This document shows, piece by piece, positions 22,711 through 31,854 of a DNA stretch of 32,000 nucleotides. The notes beneath the pieces were generated by a model, which worked only from the letters and a program-made list of their open reading frames with translations, had not been told where the DNA came from and ran no database searches. Position numbers and translations under genes: made by a program. This DNA is from Candidatus Hermodarchaeota archaeon. Its GTDB lineage: Archaea; Asgardarchaeota; Hermodarchaeia; Hermodarchaeales; Hermodarchaeaceae. The stretch's first letter is position 1; every line of letters starts with the position of its first letter. The stretch is taken from positions 20,232-52,231 of the forward strand of contig JAEOTO010000032.1 in assembly GCA_016839805.1 (NCBI GenBank), given 5' to 3'.

Positions 22711-23670
22711 TCATGTATTTTGTGTAGAAAAACCTAGTTTCTGGCGGTATAAACAAACAGCGCATATGTCCTGAGAGGTTATTTCGCTACAGCTGTTGCA
22801 TTTCTGATAGGGCTCGTCTTTGCTGCTTTTAATTGAATTAATAATTTTCAAAAAAGACGCATGTAGATTGAACTTAGAACCGGAATGTCGGTCTTCGAAT
22901 GTATTCAGCCATTCACGGATTTCCGAGCGCAATGAAGTCTCCTTATATGGACAGGGTGGGTGGTAAAGAGGAAGTTGTAATAGTTTTGAATAGAGTGCAA
23001 TATCCTTTTCCAGTAGGTGATACATGGGTTTGATTCGAGGAATAAGCCATCCCTCAACGCCTTTGAGGAAAGGAGTTATCCGGGCTAATCGTTGTAAATC
23101 ACCCCGTACGAGATTCATCAACATAGACTGAACTTCATCATCTAAATTATGTCCTAAGGCTAGTTTGTCCGCATTGATTCTTCGAGCAAGGATGTTTAAT
23201 CCCTGTCGTCGAAGTGTACCACAATACGCACAAGGAGAGAGAGGTGATTGGGTTTTTTGTGCCCGTTCAGCGATTTCATCTAGAGTTAGTGAAAAGATGT
23301 CTTGATAAGATGACGTGACATGTTCCACACTGAGTTGCTGAGTTACTTGCCGTAACACCCTTTGGCGTTCTTTATCTTGCCTATTACCTTCTTGAAGTGT
23401 AATAGCAATAACCTCAGACTCAGGAAACTGCTTTTGAATATCCACAAGTATTGCGAGCAAAACCGTGCTATCTTTACCACCTGAATAAGCTACAGCTATT
23501 CGATCAGTCCGGTGGAGCATTTTGTACCTAGAAATTGCAGTTCGTATTGCTGCGATAACGGATACCCGGAAACAATTATCACATAAGGCTTCACCAGAAT
23601 AGGGACGGGAGATGATCGAAGGAGCTTTGCAAATACTACATTCGTTAGTCATTTGGAACCAACTTAACAA
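22711..23670 (-). CDS. tRNA 2-thiolation PP-loop ATPase, TtuA/NcsA (Ctu1/Ncs6) family
   Basis: PP-loop AYSGGKDS, N- and C-terminal CxxC zinc fingers (CSICK..CDNC and CNSC..CAVC), cluster cysteines (PCAYCG, PPCPY), and LGHNLDDEVQS. Confidence 0.85.
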   Translation of the reverse strand: MLSWFQMTNECSICKAPSIISRPYSGEALCDNCFRVSVIAAIRTAISRYKMLHRTDRIAVAYSGGKDSTVLLAILVDIQKQFPESEVIAITLQEGNRQDKERQRVLRQVTQQLSVEHVTSSYQDIFSLTLDEIAERAQKTQSPLSPCAYCGTLRRQGLNILARRINADKLALGHNLDDEVQSMLMNLVRGDLQRLARITPFLKGVEGWLIPRIKPMYHLLEKDIALYSKLLQLPLYHPPCPYKETSLRSEIREWLNTFEDRHSGSKFNLHASFLKIINSIKSSKDEPYQKCNSCSEITSQDICAVCLYRQKLGFSTQNT

Positions 23671-23699
23671 GGAACACTAGCCAATAAATTTGCGTTTCT

Positions 23700-24950
23700 T
23701 TACCTAAAGAACATAGCTAGTAAAACGGGGTTCAGGATGGTAAAGAGAACATTCACAATAAGAATTGTTAGAGCTGTGATTCGGAGGCCCCAGAGCAGTA
23801 CTCTACCACTTGTTCGCTCCAATGAGACAGTCACATCGATCAATTCCTTCCAGAGTCGATCACCATCTAAAGGCGGAATTGGTAGCAGGTTAATGAGACC
23901 GAGACTAATGGTGATAATGAAGAACCAGGCGAGGGCTTCCCGGAATTGAGCACCTCCGAGTGGCCCAAGTAAACTAAAGGGATAATGTAGTGGAACATAC
24001 GTTTGTAAAAATATTCCAATAAAGGCTTGAGAGGAATTAGCCGGATTTCCACCAACATTAAGCGAAATTGGAGACAGCCCCTCCACAGTGAGAATTACTA
24101 GATCACCGGGATGAGCTCCCCTCATGAAATTACTAAGATCATCACTAGTCTGAATTGCGGTTCCATTCATTCCAGTGATGACCATACCCGGTGCTAGGAC
24201 ACCATCAGCAGGGCTACCTGTTACAACCCTATTAACCAGCACACCACTTGGAATTGGGATTACAATAAGTGTGGTAAATACTAGGGCTATGAGCGCGACA
24301 GCTAGATTTGCTCCAGACCCAGCAGCAAAGAGCCGTGCACGTTGCCTGCGATTCGACTTGAGTTTAATATACTCATCATCGGGTTCAACAAAGGCCCCGA
24401 AAAAGACCAGAAAAAGAAAAATCCCAGAACTCTTTACAGGAAGGTTATCAGCCCGTGCAGCTATACCATGAGCAAGTTCGTGTGCAACGATGGCAACAAC
24501 CAAAGGAATTAGAATCATCAAGAAAAACTGATAGGACATGGTAATTCCGGGGATGAGGGGGGCGACTGCACCAGGGGTTCCGGGTTGTCCTAGAAGGACT
24601 TTGAGAAATTCCCAAATATTACTGCCCAAGGCGTAAAGTGAATAGATTGAGAAAAAGAAGCAGATCCCGATAAAGGCTGACCATATGTATCGCCATGCGC
24701 GGGGATGCCAATTTCCGATGCGGTCTAAGAAATTATTAAATCGTTCAGTTCGGGCAAAAAGCATGAATGGACCGACTTCGATCCCATAGCGTTCTAGCTT
24801 GAAGTAAGAGGCAAGACCGATTATTATCATCCAGATAAGAAGGATTGCAAACCACGGTAGTAATAGGAGCAGGATGTCGGTTTGTAGCATTCGTGTTATC
24901 GCCTCAGAGGTCTCCACAGTCCACATATGCGGTATAAATGTGTGATGCAC
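23700..24950 (-). CDS. Site-2 protease family (M50) intramembrane metalloprotease with PDZ domain
   Basis: HELAHGIAA (HExxH) within a TM segment, NLLPIPPLDGDRLW (the LDG motif), and a PDZ-like GSPADGVLAPGMVITGMNG. GTG start at 24950; alternative ATG at 24926. Confidence 0.85.
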   Translation of the reverse strand: MHHTFIPHMWTVETSEAITRMLQTDILLLLLPWFAILLIWMIIIGLASYFKLERYGIEVGPFMLFARTERFNNFLDRIGNWHPRAWRYIWSAFIGICFFFSIYSLYALGSNIWEFLKVLLGQPGTPGAVAPLIPGITMSYQFFLMILIPLVVAIVAHELAHGIAARADNLPVKSSGIFLFLVFFGAFVEPDDEYIKLKSNRRQRARLFAAGSGANLAVALIALVFTTLIVIPIPSGVLVNRVVTGSPADGVLAPGMVITGMNGTAIQTSDDLSNFMRGAHPGDLVILTVEGLSPISLNVGGNPANSSQAFIGIFLQTYVPLHYPFSLLGPLGGAQFREALAWFFIITISLGLINLLPIPPLDGDRLWKELIDVTVSLERTSGRVLLWGLRITALTILIVNVLFTILNPVLLAMFFR

Positions 24951-24995
24951 CGATGAGAGAGAAGCTTTTAAAAAATGCGGTAGGGGCTCGTTTTC

Positions 24996-25331
24996 ATGAA
25001 TGTGAATCTAATGTCAGAATTTATTATCGTATTTGTCACTGTTGGAAAAGAACCCGAAGCGCAAACCATTGCTAGAACCCTTGTTGATGAATCAATTGCA
25101 GCTTGTGTAGGAATAGTACGTCAGAAATCGATCTACCGATGGAAAGGAAAAATTGTTGATGATAACGAATTCTTGTTAATAGTTAAAACTAAACACGATC
25201 AGTTTTCGAAACTTCGAGATACTGTGTTAAGGTTACATAGCTATGAAGTCCCTGAAATTATTAGTATTGAAATCCAACAGGGACATACTACGTATTTGGA
25301 GTGGATAAAAGAAAACGTTGAGACTGGTTAG
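24996..25331 (+). CDS. cutA: Divalent-cation tolerance protein CutA
   Basis: VFVTVGKEPEAQTIARTLVDESIAACV....SIYRWKGKI..DNEFLLIVKT.......LHSYEVPEII matches the CutA1 fold signature. Confidence 0.85.
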   Translation: MNVNLMSEFIIVFVTVGKEPEAQTIARTLVDESIAACVGIVRQKSIYRWKGKIVDDNEFLLIVKTKHDQFSKLRDTVLRLHSYEVPEIISIEIQQGHTTYLEWIKENVETG

Positions 25332-25355
25332 GTGTCAAATTAGGAACGAGCAAAA

Positions 25356-26069
25356 ATGCCACGAGAAAAACCTGTACGCCGCGACACTGGAAGTCGAGAA
25401 GTAGAATATGCACCAGAACAATGGGAGATCCTTTCAGCCCTTCGAGAGCAAGCACTGACACTAATGACGGAACTTGAAAGCACTGGTGTAGAACCAATAG
25501 CCCATGGAAGTATTTGTCGTGGTGATGTATCTGAACACAGTGATGTGGACATATATCTTCCACGTGTCTTACCATCTTTTACTGTGGAATTGGCCTTAAC
25601 CCAGGCTGGATATCAAATGATCCATCGGGAGTTAGTTCACGCAACTCCTTTCCATGCAATCAAAGCCCATGTCTATTTACCGAAGAACTCGGTGGTCACG
25701 TTCCCATTGACTAGCCCTGCACCCATTGAGCTCGAATTTTACCGATTTGGTGGAAGTTTAACAAAACAGGTTATTCAAAATGAGATACGAGTTCCTGGAG
25801 TAGATAAACGACTTGTACTCATCGAACCGACCAAAACAGGTCACATAGAAACTCCTGTCATTGGTAATGAAATGATAGTAGCGAAAAAAGTCGGTGTTAA
25901 CCTCAAAATCGTTGAAGAACGTGTGAAAATCCTAATGCGCCGAGACGAGGTTGGTCGAACTGGAGTCTACTTAAAACGCCAACTTGCCCCAGAGGACACA
26001 TTCGAATCACTACTCAAACAGGTTTGTGATCGTGATCCAGTCGTTCGTCGGAGAGTACAAAAGGGGTAA
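25356..26069 (+). CDS. Pol-beta-superfamily nucleotidyltransferase domain protein (uncharacterised archaeal type)
   Basis: HGSICRGDVSEHSDVDIYL matches the GS-x(9-10)-DxD nucleotidyltransferase motif; 237 aa. It is tightly coupled to the downstream radical SAM gene (6-nt gap). Confidence 0.7.
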   Translation: MPREKPVRRDTGSREVEYAPEQWEILSALREQALTLMTELESTGVEPIAHGSICRGDVSEHSDVDIYLPRVLPSFTVELALTQAGYQMIHRELVHATPFHAIKAHVYLPKNSVVTFPLTSPAPIELEFYRFGGSLTKQVIQNEIRVPGVDKRLVLIEPTKTGHIETPVIGNEMIVAKKVGVNLKIVEERVKILMRRDEVGRTGVYLKRQLAPEDTFESLLKQVCDRDPVVRRRVQKG

Positions 26070-26075
26070 TTCAGT

Positions 26076-27161
26076 GTGACACGCGAAATTACTCTTTCAC
26101 GAGGGAATTCTCCCCATATCGGAAGCCTTGTGAAGGGATGTCGAGAATGCATGAAAGGTGCAAAACTTGTCCTTTTTATTACAGGAAAGTGCTCAAAGTC
26201 GTGTTTTTACTGTCCCATTTCCGAGGAGAGACGTGACCGAGATATCGTTTTTGCTAATGAAGTAGAGGTAGATCACATCCAACAAGCTCTAACTGAAGCG
26301 AGACTCATTAACGCAACAGGTATGGGAATTACGGGTGGTGAGCCTTTAATTGAGGTGGAACGCACGTGTCAATTTATCCAAGCCTTCAAGCAGGAGTTTG
26401 GACCGAAATTCCATGTTCATCTTTATACGGGTCTTGAACCTGTGCCCATTAATGCCGTGGAGCAATTACTAGAGGTTGGTCTCGATGAGCTTCGTTTACA
26501 CAGATTCCATGTGGGACAAGATTACTCTCGATTACGTGAAGTGACTAAAGGTCGTGCCCGGTTGGGTGTGGAGGTTCCGATGATTCCCGGAATGATAAAT
26601 CAATTGAAGAAGATGTTTCGCCAGCTTGATGAAATCGGCATCGACTTTGTGAATATTAACGAATTGGAATATTCTGAAGTAAATGCAAAGGAGCTGAAAC
26701 AGCGAGGATTACAGCTAGATCCTGATACGATGACTGCAGTTCAAGGCAGTGAAGAAGAAGCGATCACCCTTTTAGAATGGGCAACTACCGAGACACAGTT
26801 AAATGTTCACTTTTGTCCCTTATCACTAAAGGATGGCATTCAACTTCGAAATCGCTTCAGACGACGAGCAAAAAATGTAGCTAAACCATTTGAACAGATA
26901 ACCGAAGAGGGATTACTGTTGAAGGGGATTATCACGCCACCCCCCAATATTTCCCTGATTGCTTTATCTAAGATTCTTCTAAACGAGTATCAGATTCCCC
27001 TTGACCAGTTTTGGATTAATGAATCACTCGGGCGAATCGAAACGTCAACTACTATTGTCCATCGGTTAGTTAACCAACTAAAGGTGAAGAAAATTCAAGT
27101 TGGTATCGCAGAAGAATATCCAACAATCAACCGAATTCAAGTATCTTATGTTCCCCTTTAG
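26076..27161 (+). CDS. Radical SAM protein (pyruvate formate-lyase-activase-related, uncharacterised archaeal type)
   Basis: CSKSCFYCP is the CxxxCxxC 4Fe-4S/SAM motif, and GITGGEPL is a SAM-binding GGE motif. GTG start. Confidence 0.8.
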   Translation: MTREITLSRGNSPHIGSLVKGCRECMKGAKLVLFITGKCSKSCFYCPISEERRDRDIVFANEVEVDHIQQALTEARLINATGMGITGGEPLIEVERTCQFIQAFKQEFGPKFHVHLYTGLEPVPINAVEQLLEVGLDELRLHRFHVGQDYSRLREVTKGRARLGVEVPMIPGMINQLKKMFRQLDEIGIDFVNINELEYSEVNAKELKQRGLQLDPDTMTAVQGSEEEAITLLEWATTETQLNVHFCPLSLKDGIQLRNRFRRRAKNVAKPFEQITEEGLLLKGIITPPPNISLIALSKILLNEYQIPLDQFWINESLGRIETSTTIVHRLVNQLKVKKIQVGIAEEYPTINRIQVSYVPL

Positions 27162-28252
27162 TTTTCAGGTAAGGAGAAGCGCAGAAGCGCCACAATTCCA
27201 CCTAGTCCTTCAAGCTGTTTACCAGCCTGGTGTTCAGCACTAAATATTTCAATTGAACCCGCCTGCTCTTCGACTTGTCGCATCATGATTTCCATTTTTC
27301 GCCGTTGCTCCGGAGGAACCTCACGGAACGTCTTGTCAAGGATGAGCAAGGTTTCAACGGCCCCAAACTGAACTGCCCGTTTAATTTCATCCCACCCATA
27401 CGTGGTTTTTCCTGTACCTTGACCTAGGTGCCGCATCACCTCATCCATAAGATGAACCTCTTGGTTTAATCGAATCTCACTGGCGATTCGCTCGATTACA
27501 CCCCGATTAAGAGCTTCATAGATACCACCTATTGTTCCAGTACTTACATGTTCTAAGAGAATGCGATCCTTGCTATTAGGCACTTTATTCTTCAGATAGG
27601 CAGCAAGTTTTTCTTTTGTTGAGCCAGGACCAACGATTACTACTCGAGTCACATCTGGTAATCGGTCGAGGAGCTCATGAAGCTGGGTGGCTATTCCGGC
27701 AAACATCTGGGTGATTGTATCGCCAGATTGAACATATTTTCCGTACTTTCCCCGAGCCGTGCCATGCACTTCAACTCGAACATCAATACCTGAATCATCA
27801 ATAATTCCAATCGACGCCTGGTCTTCTTCTACTGCTATGATAATGAGACGTTGACCTTTTCGTGACACAGCATCCTGTAACCGACGAAGTAGTGGACGTG
27901 GCCAGCTTTCCTTGACAATTTCAACCTTTAGTCCGGGTTCGATATTTATTGTGTGATAGGTTCCAAGCGAAACAAAATCTTGTGGACCCTCAAGTATTTG
28001 CCCTTTGACACGAAGACGGTTAGAGTACTTGTGCAAAGCTACTTCTTCCACCGTCAAACGAATAAACATCCGACGACGTTCACCCTTATCCGGGCGAGCA
28101 GTATCTCCTAGATCTCGACGCACTCGGCGAACAGTTCGTGCTGCCACTTGATCACCAGGGAGGATAACATTGTACAGGTGCCATAAGTCATCCATATCTT
28201 CAGGAACGACTACAACAAGTCCGGCTTTTAGTTTCTTAGTGACAATCTTCAC
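27158..28252 (-). CDS. pelA: Pelota (Dom34) mRNA surveillance / ribosome rescue factor
   Basis: PEDMDDLWHLYNVI.PGD, IIIAVEE..A, VIVGPG.TKE, and a C-terminal eRF1-like domain (YGWDEIKRAVQFGAVETLLI). GTG 28252 (VKIVTKK) is preferred over the upstream ATG at 28294. Confidence 0.9.
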   Translation of the reverse strand: MKIVTKKLKAGLVVVVPEDMDDLWHLYNVILPGDQVAARTVRRVRRDLGDTARPDKGERRRMFIRLTVEEVALHKYSNRLRVKGQILEGPQDFVSLGTYHTINIEPGLKVEIVKESWPRPLLRRLQDAVSRKGQRLIIIAVEEDQASIGIIDDSGIDVRVEVHGTARGKYGKYVQSGDTITQMFAGIATQLHELLDRLPDVTRVVIVGPGSTKEKLAAYLKNKVPNSKDRILLEHVSTGTIGGIYEALNRGVIERIASEIRLNQEVHLMDEVMRHLGQGTGKTTYGWDEIKRAVQFGAVETLLILDKTFREVPPEQRRKMEIMMRQVEEQAGSIEIFSAEHQAGKQLEGLGGIVALLRFSLPEN

Positions 28253-28325
28253 GAACAACAGCCTCAGTAACTGATTAGACCAAGATGCACACACATATTT
28301 CTATCCACTGCAAGATTACATTGAA

Positions 28326-28796
28326 ATGTTAAAGATTCGACCAATTGAAAACCACGAAGTAAATCAAATAACTCAAATTGAATTTGAATCGTTCACTGAC
28401 CCATATCCAAAGGACCTGTTCCAATATCTGGCAAAAATGTCGCCGGAATTATTTCTCGTTGCCGTTGACGAAGACATAGAAGAAAAGGGAATTTTAGGAT
28501 ATGCAGTGGCTGATATTAAGCGCCACGTCCCATACCGAATTGGCCATATTCTGTCAATAGCCGTATGTAAGCAATATCGTCGAAGGGGAATTGGAAATCA
28601 ATTACTCTCTGAACTAATACATTTGTTCAAGTCAAAAGGGTGCAACAGCATTGTGCTTGAAGTTCGAGAATCGAATCTCAAAGCAAAAGCTTTGTATCAA
28701 AAGTTGGGTTTCTTCGAAGTGAAGCGAAGACGCAGATATTATGAAGATGGGGAAGATGCTATTGTAATGACCTTGGATTTGGAGGCCGCGTTGTGA
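28326..28796 (+). CDS. rimI: GNAT N-alpha-acetyltransferase (RimI/Ard1 family)
   Basis: ILSIAVCKQYRRRGIGNQLL (the Q/RxxGxG/A acetyl-CoA motif) and LEVRESNLKAKALYQKLGF. Confidence 0.85.
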   Translation: MLKIRPIENHEVNQITQIEFESFTDPYPKDLFQYLAKMSPELFLVAVDEDIEEKGILGYAVADIKRHVPYRIGHILSIAVCKQYRRRGIGNQLLSELIHLFKSKGCNSIVLEVRESNLKAKALYQKLGFFEVKRRRRYYEDGEDAIVMTLDLEAAL

Positions 28797-29860
28797 ATCC
28801 CCCTGAACCCCAATTATGCTTATTCATCCTATCAGGTGAGCACGAGACACTTCCACAAGCAGAACTCTGTGCAGCATTAGAAGCAGAGGGCTATGCTTTT
28901 ACGATTCATAATCGTCATCGCCGAATTTTACTTCTTAGAGTTGATCCTGAAGGGGCAAAAATTGCGACGCAACGCGCTGGGCTAGTCAATCATGCAAGCA
29001 TTGTAGCTTTTGAATCTCCTACAATTGAGGAGACAATCCTTCAATTTATGAAAAAGACAAAGTTTGAGCAGTGGCTCAAACCCCAAAATCGGTTTAGCGT
29101 GAAAATTACCCGCGTTGAACGAGAATCTATCCCAATTGATGTAGATGAACTTCAAGGTAAACTGGGCTCTCAAATTTGGCATGTCATGAACGGAAGCGTT
29201 GAAGTAGACTTAGCAGCCCCGGATGTTTTATTCCTAGGCGTAATCGCTGGTAATCTGTTCTTTTTTGGTCCTCATCTCGCTTCACGCGATCGAGTTGGGT
29301 TTTTTCAGAGACGCAGTCCACATCGCCCATTTTTTGTTCCTAGCGCAATTCACCCCAAAATTGCTCGGGTAATGGTCAATTTGAGTCGGGTAGCTGCCAG
29401 CGACCGGTTCTTTGATCCCTTCTGTGGCACAGGTGGACTTCTCATCGAAGCCGCAGACATTGGTAGCTTTCCCATAGGTCTTGATATCGATATTTCAATA
29501 CTCGCAGGGTGTCAAAAAAACCTGAATCATTATGGGTTTAATTTCAATGGGATAATAGCTGATGCACGAGCACCACCAATACGTTCGGAAAAAGTAGAGG
29601 CAATTGCCACAGACCCTCCTTATGGAAGGTCGAGTTCGACAAAAGGGTCAGCGGTTGTCAATCTTATCGAAAAAAGTCTAACGGCAATTGCGGATACCCT
29701 CGTACCAGGGGGTTATCTCTGTCTTGCTTTGCCCTTAGAGTATTTTAAAGAAGAAATTATACCTAAAGACAGCTTTGAAATTGTAGAGATGCATACAATG
29801 CGAATTCACCGAAGTTTACAACGACATATTGTTGTCTTACAAAAGAAAGAGCAGTGTTGA
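28793..29860 (+). CDS. THUMP-domain tRNA (guanine10-N2)-methyltransferase, Trm11/TrmG10 family
   Basis: N-terminal THUMP-like region, SAM motif DPFCGTGGLLIEA, and catalytic TDPPYG. It overlaps the rimI stop by 4 nt. Confidence 0.85.
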   Translation: MNPPEPQLCLFILSGEHETLPQAELCAALEAEGYAFTIHNRHRRILLLRVDPEGAKIATQRAGLVNHASIVAFESPTIEETILQFMKKTKFEQWLKPQNRFSVKITRVERESIPIDVDELQGKLGSQIWHVMNGSVEVDLAAPDVLFLGVIAGNLFFFGPHLASRDRVGFFQRRSPHRPFFVPSAIHPKIARVMVNLSRVAASDRFFDPFCGTGGLLIEAADIGSFPIGLDIDISILAGCQKNLNHYGFNFNGIIADARAPPIRSEKVEAIATDPPYGRSSSTKGSAVVNLIEKSLTAIADTLVPGGYLCLALPLEYFKEEIIPKDSFEIVEMHTMRIHRSLQRHIVVLQKKEQC

Positions 29861-29868
29861 AATTAGAA

Positions 29869-30780
29869 ATGAGGGTACATTTCTTAGGAGTAGGGGGTGG
29901 CATTCCTTCATTGAAACGCTCTTTACCAGCGATAGCTATCTACTTCCGTGGGAAAATCATACTCTTTGACTGTGGCGAAGGCACTCAAACTCAGTTAAAA
30001 CACGCTAAACTTAGCCCTCAACAGATAATTGAAGTCTTTATCTCACATCTTCACGGTGACCATGTTCTTGGTTTACCGGGATTACTTTCCACAATGGCCA
30101 TGCTTAACCGTTCAAAGCCATTGACTGTGTACGGTCCGATCGGCATCAAGAAATTCATTGAAGTCACGTTAGAATTGACTAAGGCACAACTCGAATTTGA
30201 TTTAACAACCAATGAAGTTGAGGAAGGAACTATCTCCCGCCAACCCCAATACCGAGTAGACTGTCTTCCTGCTCTCCATAGCATTCCTTCGCTTTCCTTT
30301 ATTCTTCGAATGGCAGACAAACCAGGGAAATTCGATGTCTCGAAGGCTCAAAAATTAGGAATTCCATCAGGTCCACTTCGTAAACGCCTTCAGCAAGGAA
30401 CTCCTGTGAAAGATTTGACAGGAAAAACAATCTATCCAGAAGACGTGATTGGACCTTCACAAAAAGGTATAATTATTGCCTATTCGGGTGATTCTGCACC
30501 AAATCCTAAATTTGCAGCAAAAGCAATGAAAGCCCAACTTCTCATTCATGATGCCACTTTTTCTGATGCACACATTGATAAAGCAGCAGAATTTCTTCAT
30601 TCAACCGCCTCACAAGCAGCTCAAATTGCCGTTCAAGCCAAAGCAACACAACTTGCATTAGTGCATATTAGTCCACGATACATCGCATCCACGGAACATG
30701 AAAACGAAGCAAAAATAATTTTTCCTCGGAGCTTTGCCCCTAATGATCTTGACGTGATTTACCTAGATGCTTATGGCTAG
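29869..30780 (+). CDS. rnz: Ribonuclease Z (tRNA 3' endonuclease)
   Basis: MRVHFLGVGGGIPS..R..PAI.....ILFDCGEGTQ, the HLHGDH metallo-beta-lactamase motif, and C-terminal LVHISPRY. ATG 29869 is preferred over GTG 29854. Confidence 0.9.
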   Translation: MRVHFLGVGGGIPSLKRSLPAIAIYFRGKIILFDCGEGTQTQLKHAKLSPQQIIEVFISHLHGDHVLGLPGLLSTMAMLNRSKPLTVYGPIGIKKFIEVTLELTKAQLEFDLTTNEVEEGTISRQPQYRVDCLPALHSIPSLSFILRMADKPGKFDVSKAQKLGIPSGPLRKRLQQGTPVKDLTGKTIYPEDVIGPSQKGIIIAYSGDSAPNPKFAAKAMKAQLLIHDATFSDAHIDKAAEFLHSTASQAAQIAVQAKATQLALVHISPRYIASTEHENEAKIIFPRSFAPNDLDVIYLDAYG

Positions 30781-30814
30781 AAGAGATCATCACTTGATCT
30801 ATATTCATAGCAGA

Positions 30815-31252
30815 TTATTCGAGTTTAAGGTCTTTCCGAAACTGCGGTTTTCCTTTTACCGTTGGTGGAGCAACATAGTCAATAACATCCTGCAAATTAT
30901 TTGCTTGGATTTCAACTCGTATTGGACCCATACCTGAGACGTCATTCTCATCAGAAAGATGAAACCGATTCATGAAAGCGGCTTGGCGTTGCATCCAAAA
31001 AACCAACGTATCATTTTGAAGAGATTTCATGAACCGTTGTCTAACCGCCTCTAAAATGCGCTGCTCACGAAACTTCTTAGCCAAAGTAGTAATGGACTCA
31101 GACCCTGTGGCAAACCCCTTTAATATTGTCCGATTTTTTGAACCCTTGTCCGCATCTATAGTAATCGGAGGGCACAGATTTTTGAAGGCTAACTTAACCT
31201 TTTCTAAATCCTCGGTCGGTTTGATATCCGCCCATAATCTGAAATGAATTAT
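30815..31252 (-). CDS. UPF0201/COG1931-like small archaeal protein; start codon non-canonical or disrupted
   Basis: The track ORF (TTG 31084) covers only the C-terminal 89 aa. The same frame is open up to 31255 and encodes SIIHFRLWADIKPTEDLEKVKLAFKNL, which is the family-typical N-terminal strand plus the PTED..KV motif (from memory). No ATG/GTG/TTG occurs in frame there. GGAGGG lies 7 nt upstream of ATA 31252. Confidence 0.55.
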   Translation of the reverse strand: MIHFRLWADIKPTEDLEKVKLAFKNLCPPITIDADKGSKNRTILKGFATGSESITTLAKKFREQRILEAVRQRFMKSLQNDTLVFWMQRQAAFMNRFHLSDENDVSGMGPIRVEIQANNLQDVIDYVAPPTVKGKPQFRKDLKLE

Positions 31253-31271
31253 TGACTAACCCTCCATTGCC

Positions 31272-31838
31272 TTAATCGAGGTTGAATATGTCTTTCAATA
31301 TCTTGCGAACGCAGGTAGTCAATTCCTCAATATTTTCCTCATTGACTAACATGATATCTGCTTGAGCAAAGATGCGACCTAATCCGATATCAAGCTCTCG
31401 GGCATCTCTTTCAAGGAAGACCTCTTTCGTAAAAGTATCATCAGCACGACCCCGTTTTTGTAAACGTTTGAATCGAATTTGCGGAGATGCATGAACAGCC
31501 ACGACGGTAACAAAATGAAATGCCTCTTGAAACGCTCGAATTTCAGACTCACTCCGAGCCCCATCAATTACAATATGAGAGCTGGAAACCTTCCGGATTT
31601 CATCAATACATCTTTCAGCAATAACGGCATCACCGAATTGCTCACGGAGTTCAAGCATAACAGTCCCCAGACTTTGAGGTGTAAGCGGGAGCTGCTGGCT
31701 AGTAACTTCTTTGCGAACCACATCTCCCATTACAAAGACTGGAATTTTTAGTTCCTTGGCCACAGTCGCACCGATGGATTTTCCTGATCCTGGCATTCCA
31801 CAAAAAACGACAGCATGTTTTACCTGCAATGCAACCAC
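31272..31838 (-). CDS. P-loop nucleotide/nucleoside kinase-like protein (UPF0200 / dephospho-CoA-kinase-like archaeal family)
   Basis: Walker A GMPGSGKS near the N-terminus, VIDGARS, and RFKRLQKRGRADD (lid-like). It sits next to a UPF0201-like gene, a pairing I recall from other archaea. GTG start. Confidence 0.7.
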   Translation of the reverse strand: MVALQVKHAVVFCGMPGSGKSIGATVAKELKIPVFVMGDVVRKEVTSQQLPLTPQSLGTVMLELREQFGDAVIAERCIDEIRKVSSSHIVIDGARSESEIRAFQEAFHFVTVVAVHASPQIRFKRLQKRGRADDTFTKEVFLERDARELDIGLGRIFAQADIMLVNEENIEELTTCVRKILKDIFNLD

Positions 31839-31854
31839 AAGGGATGATTAAGGG

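Noticed and set aside
31256-31258. In-frame TAG in the UPF0201-like gene as evidence of pyrrolysine or stop-codon reassignment
   Set aside because: TAG is the terminator of about ten well-supported genes in this window, so global recoding is not supported. Kept only as a local read-through alternative.
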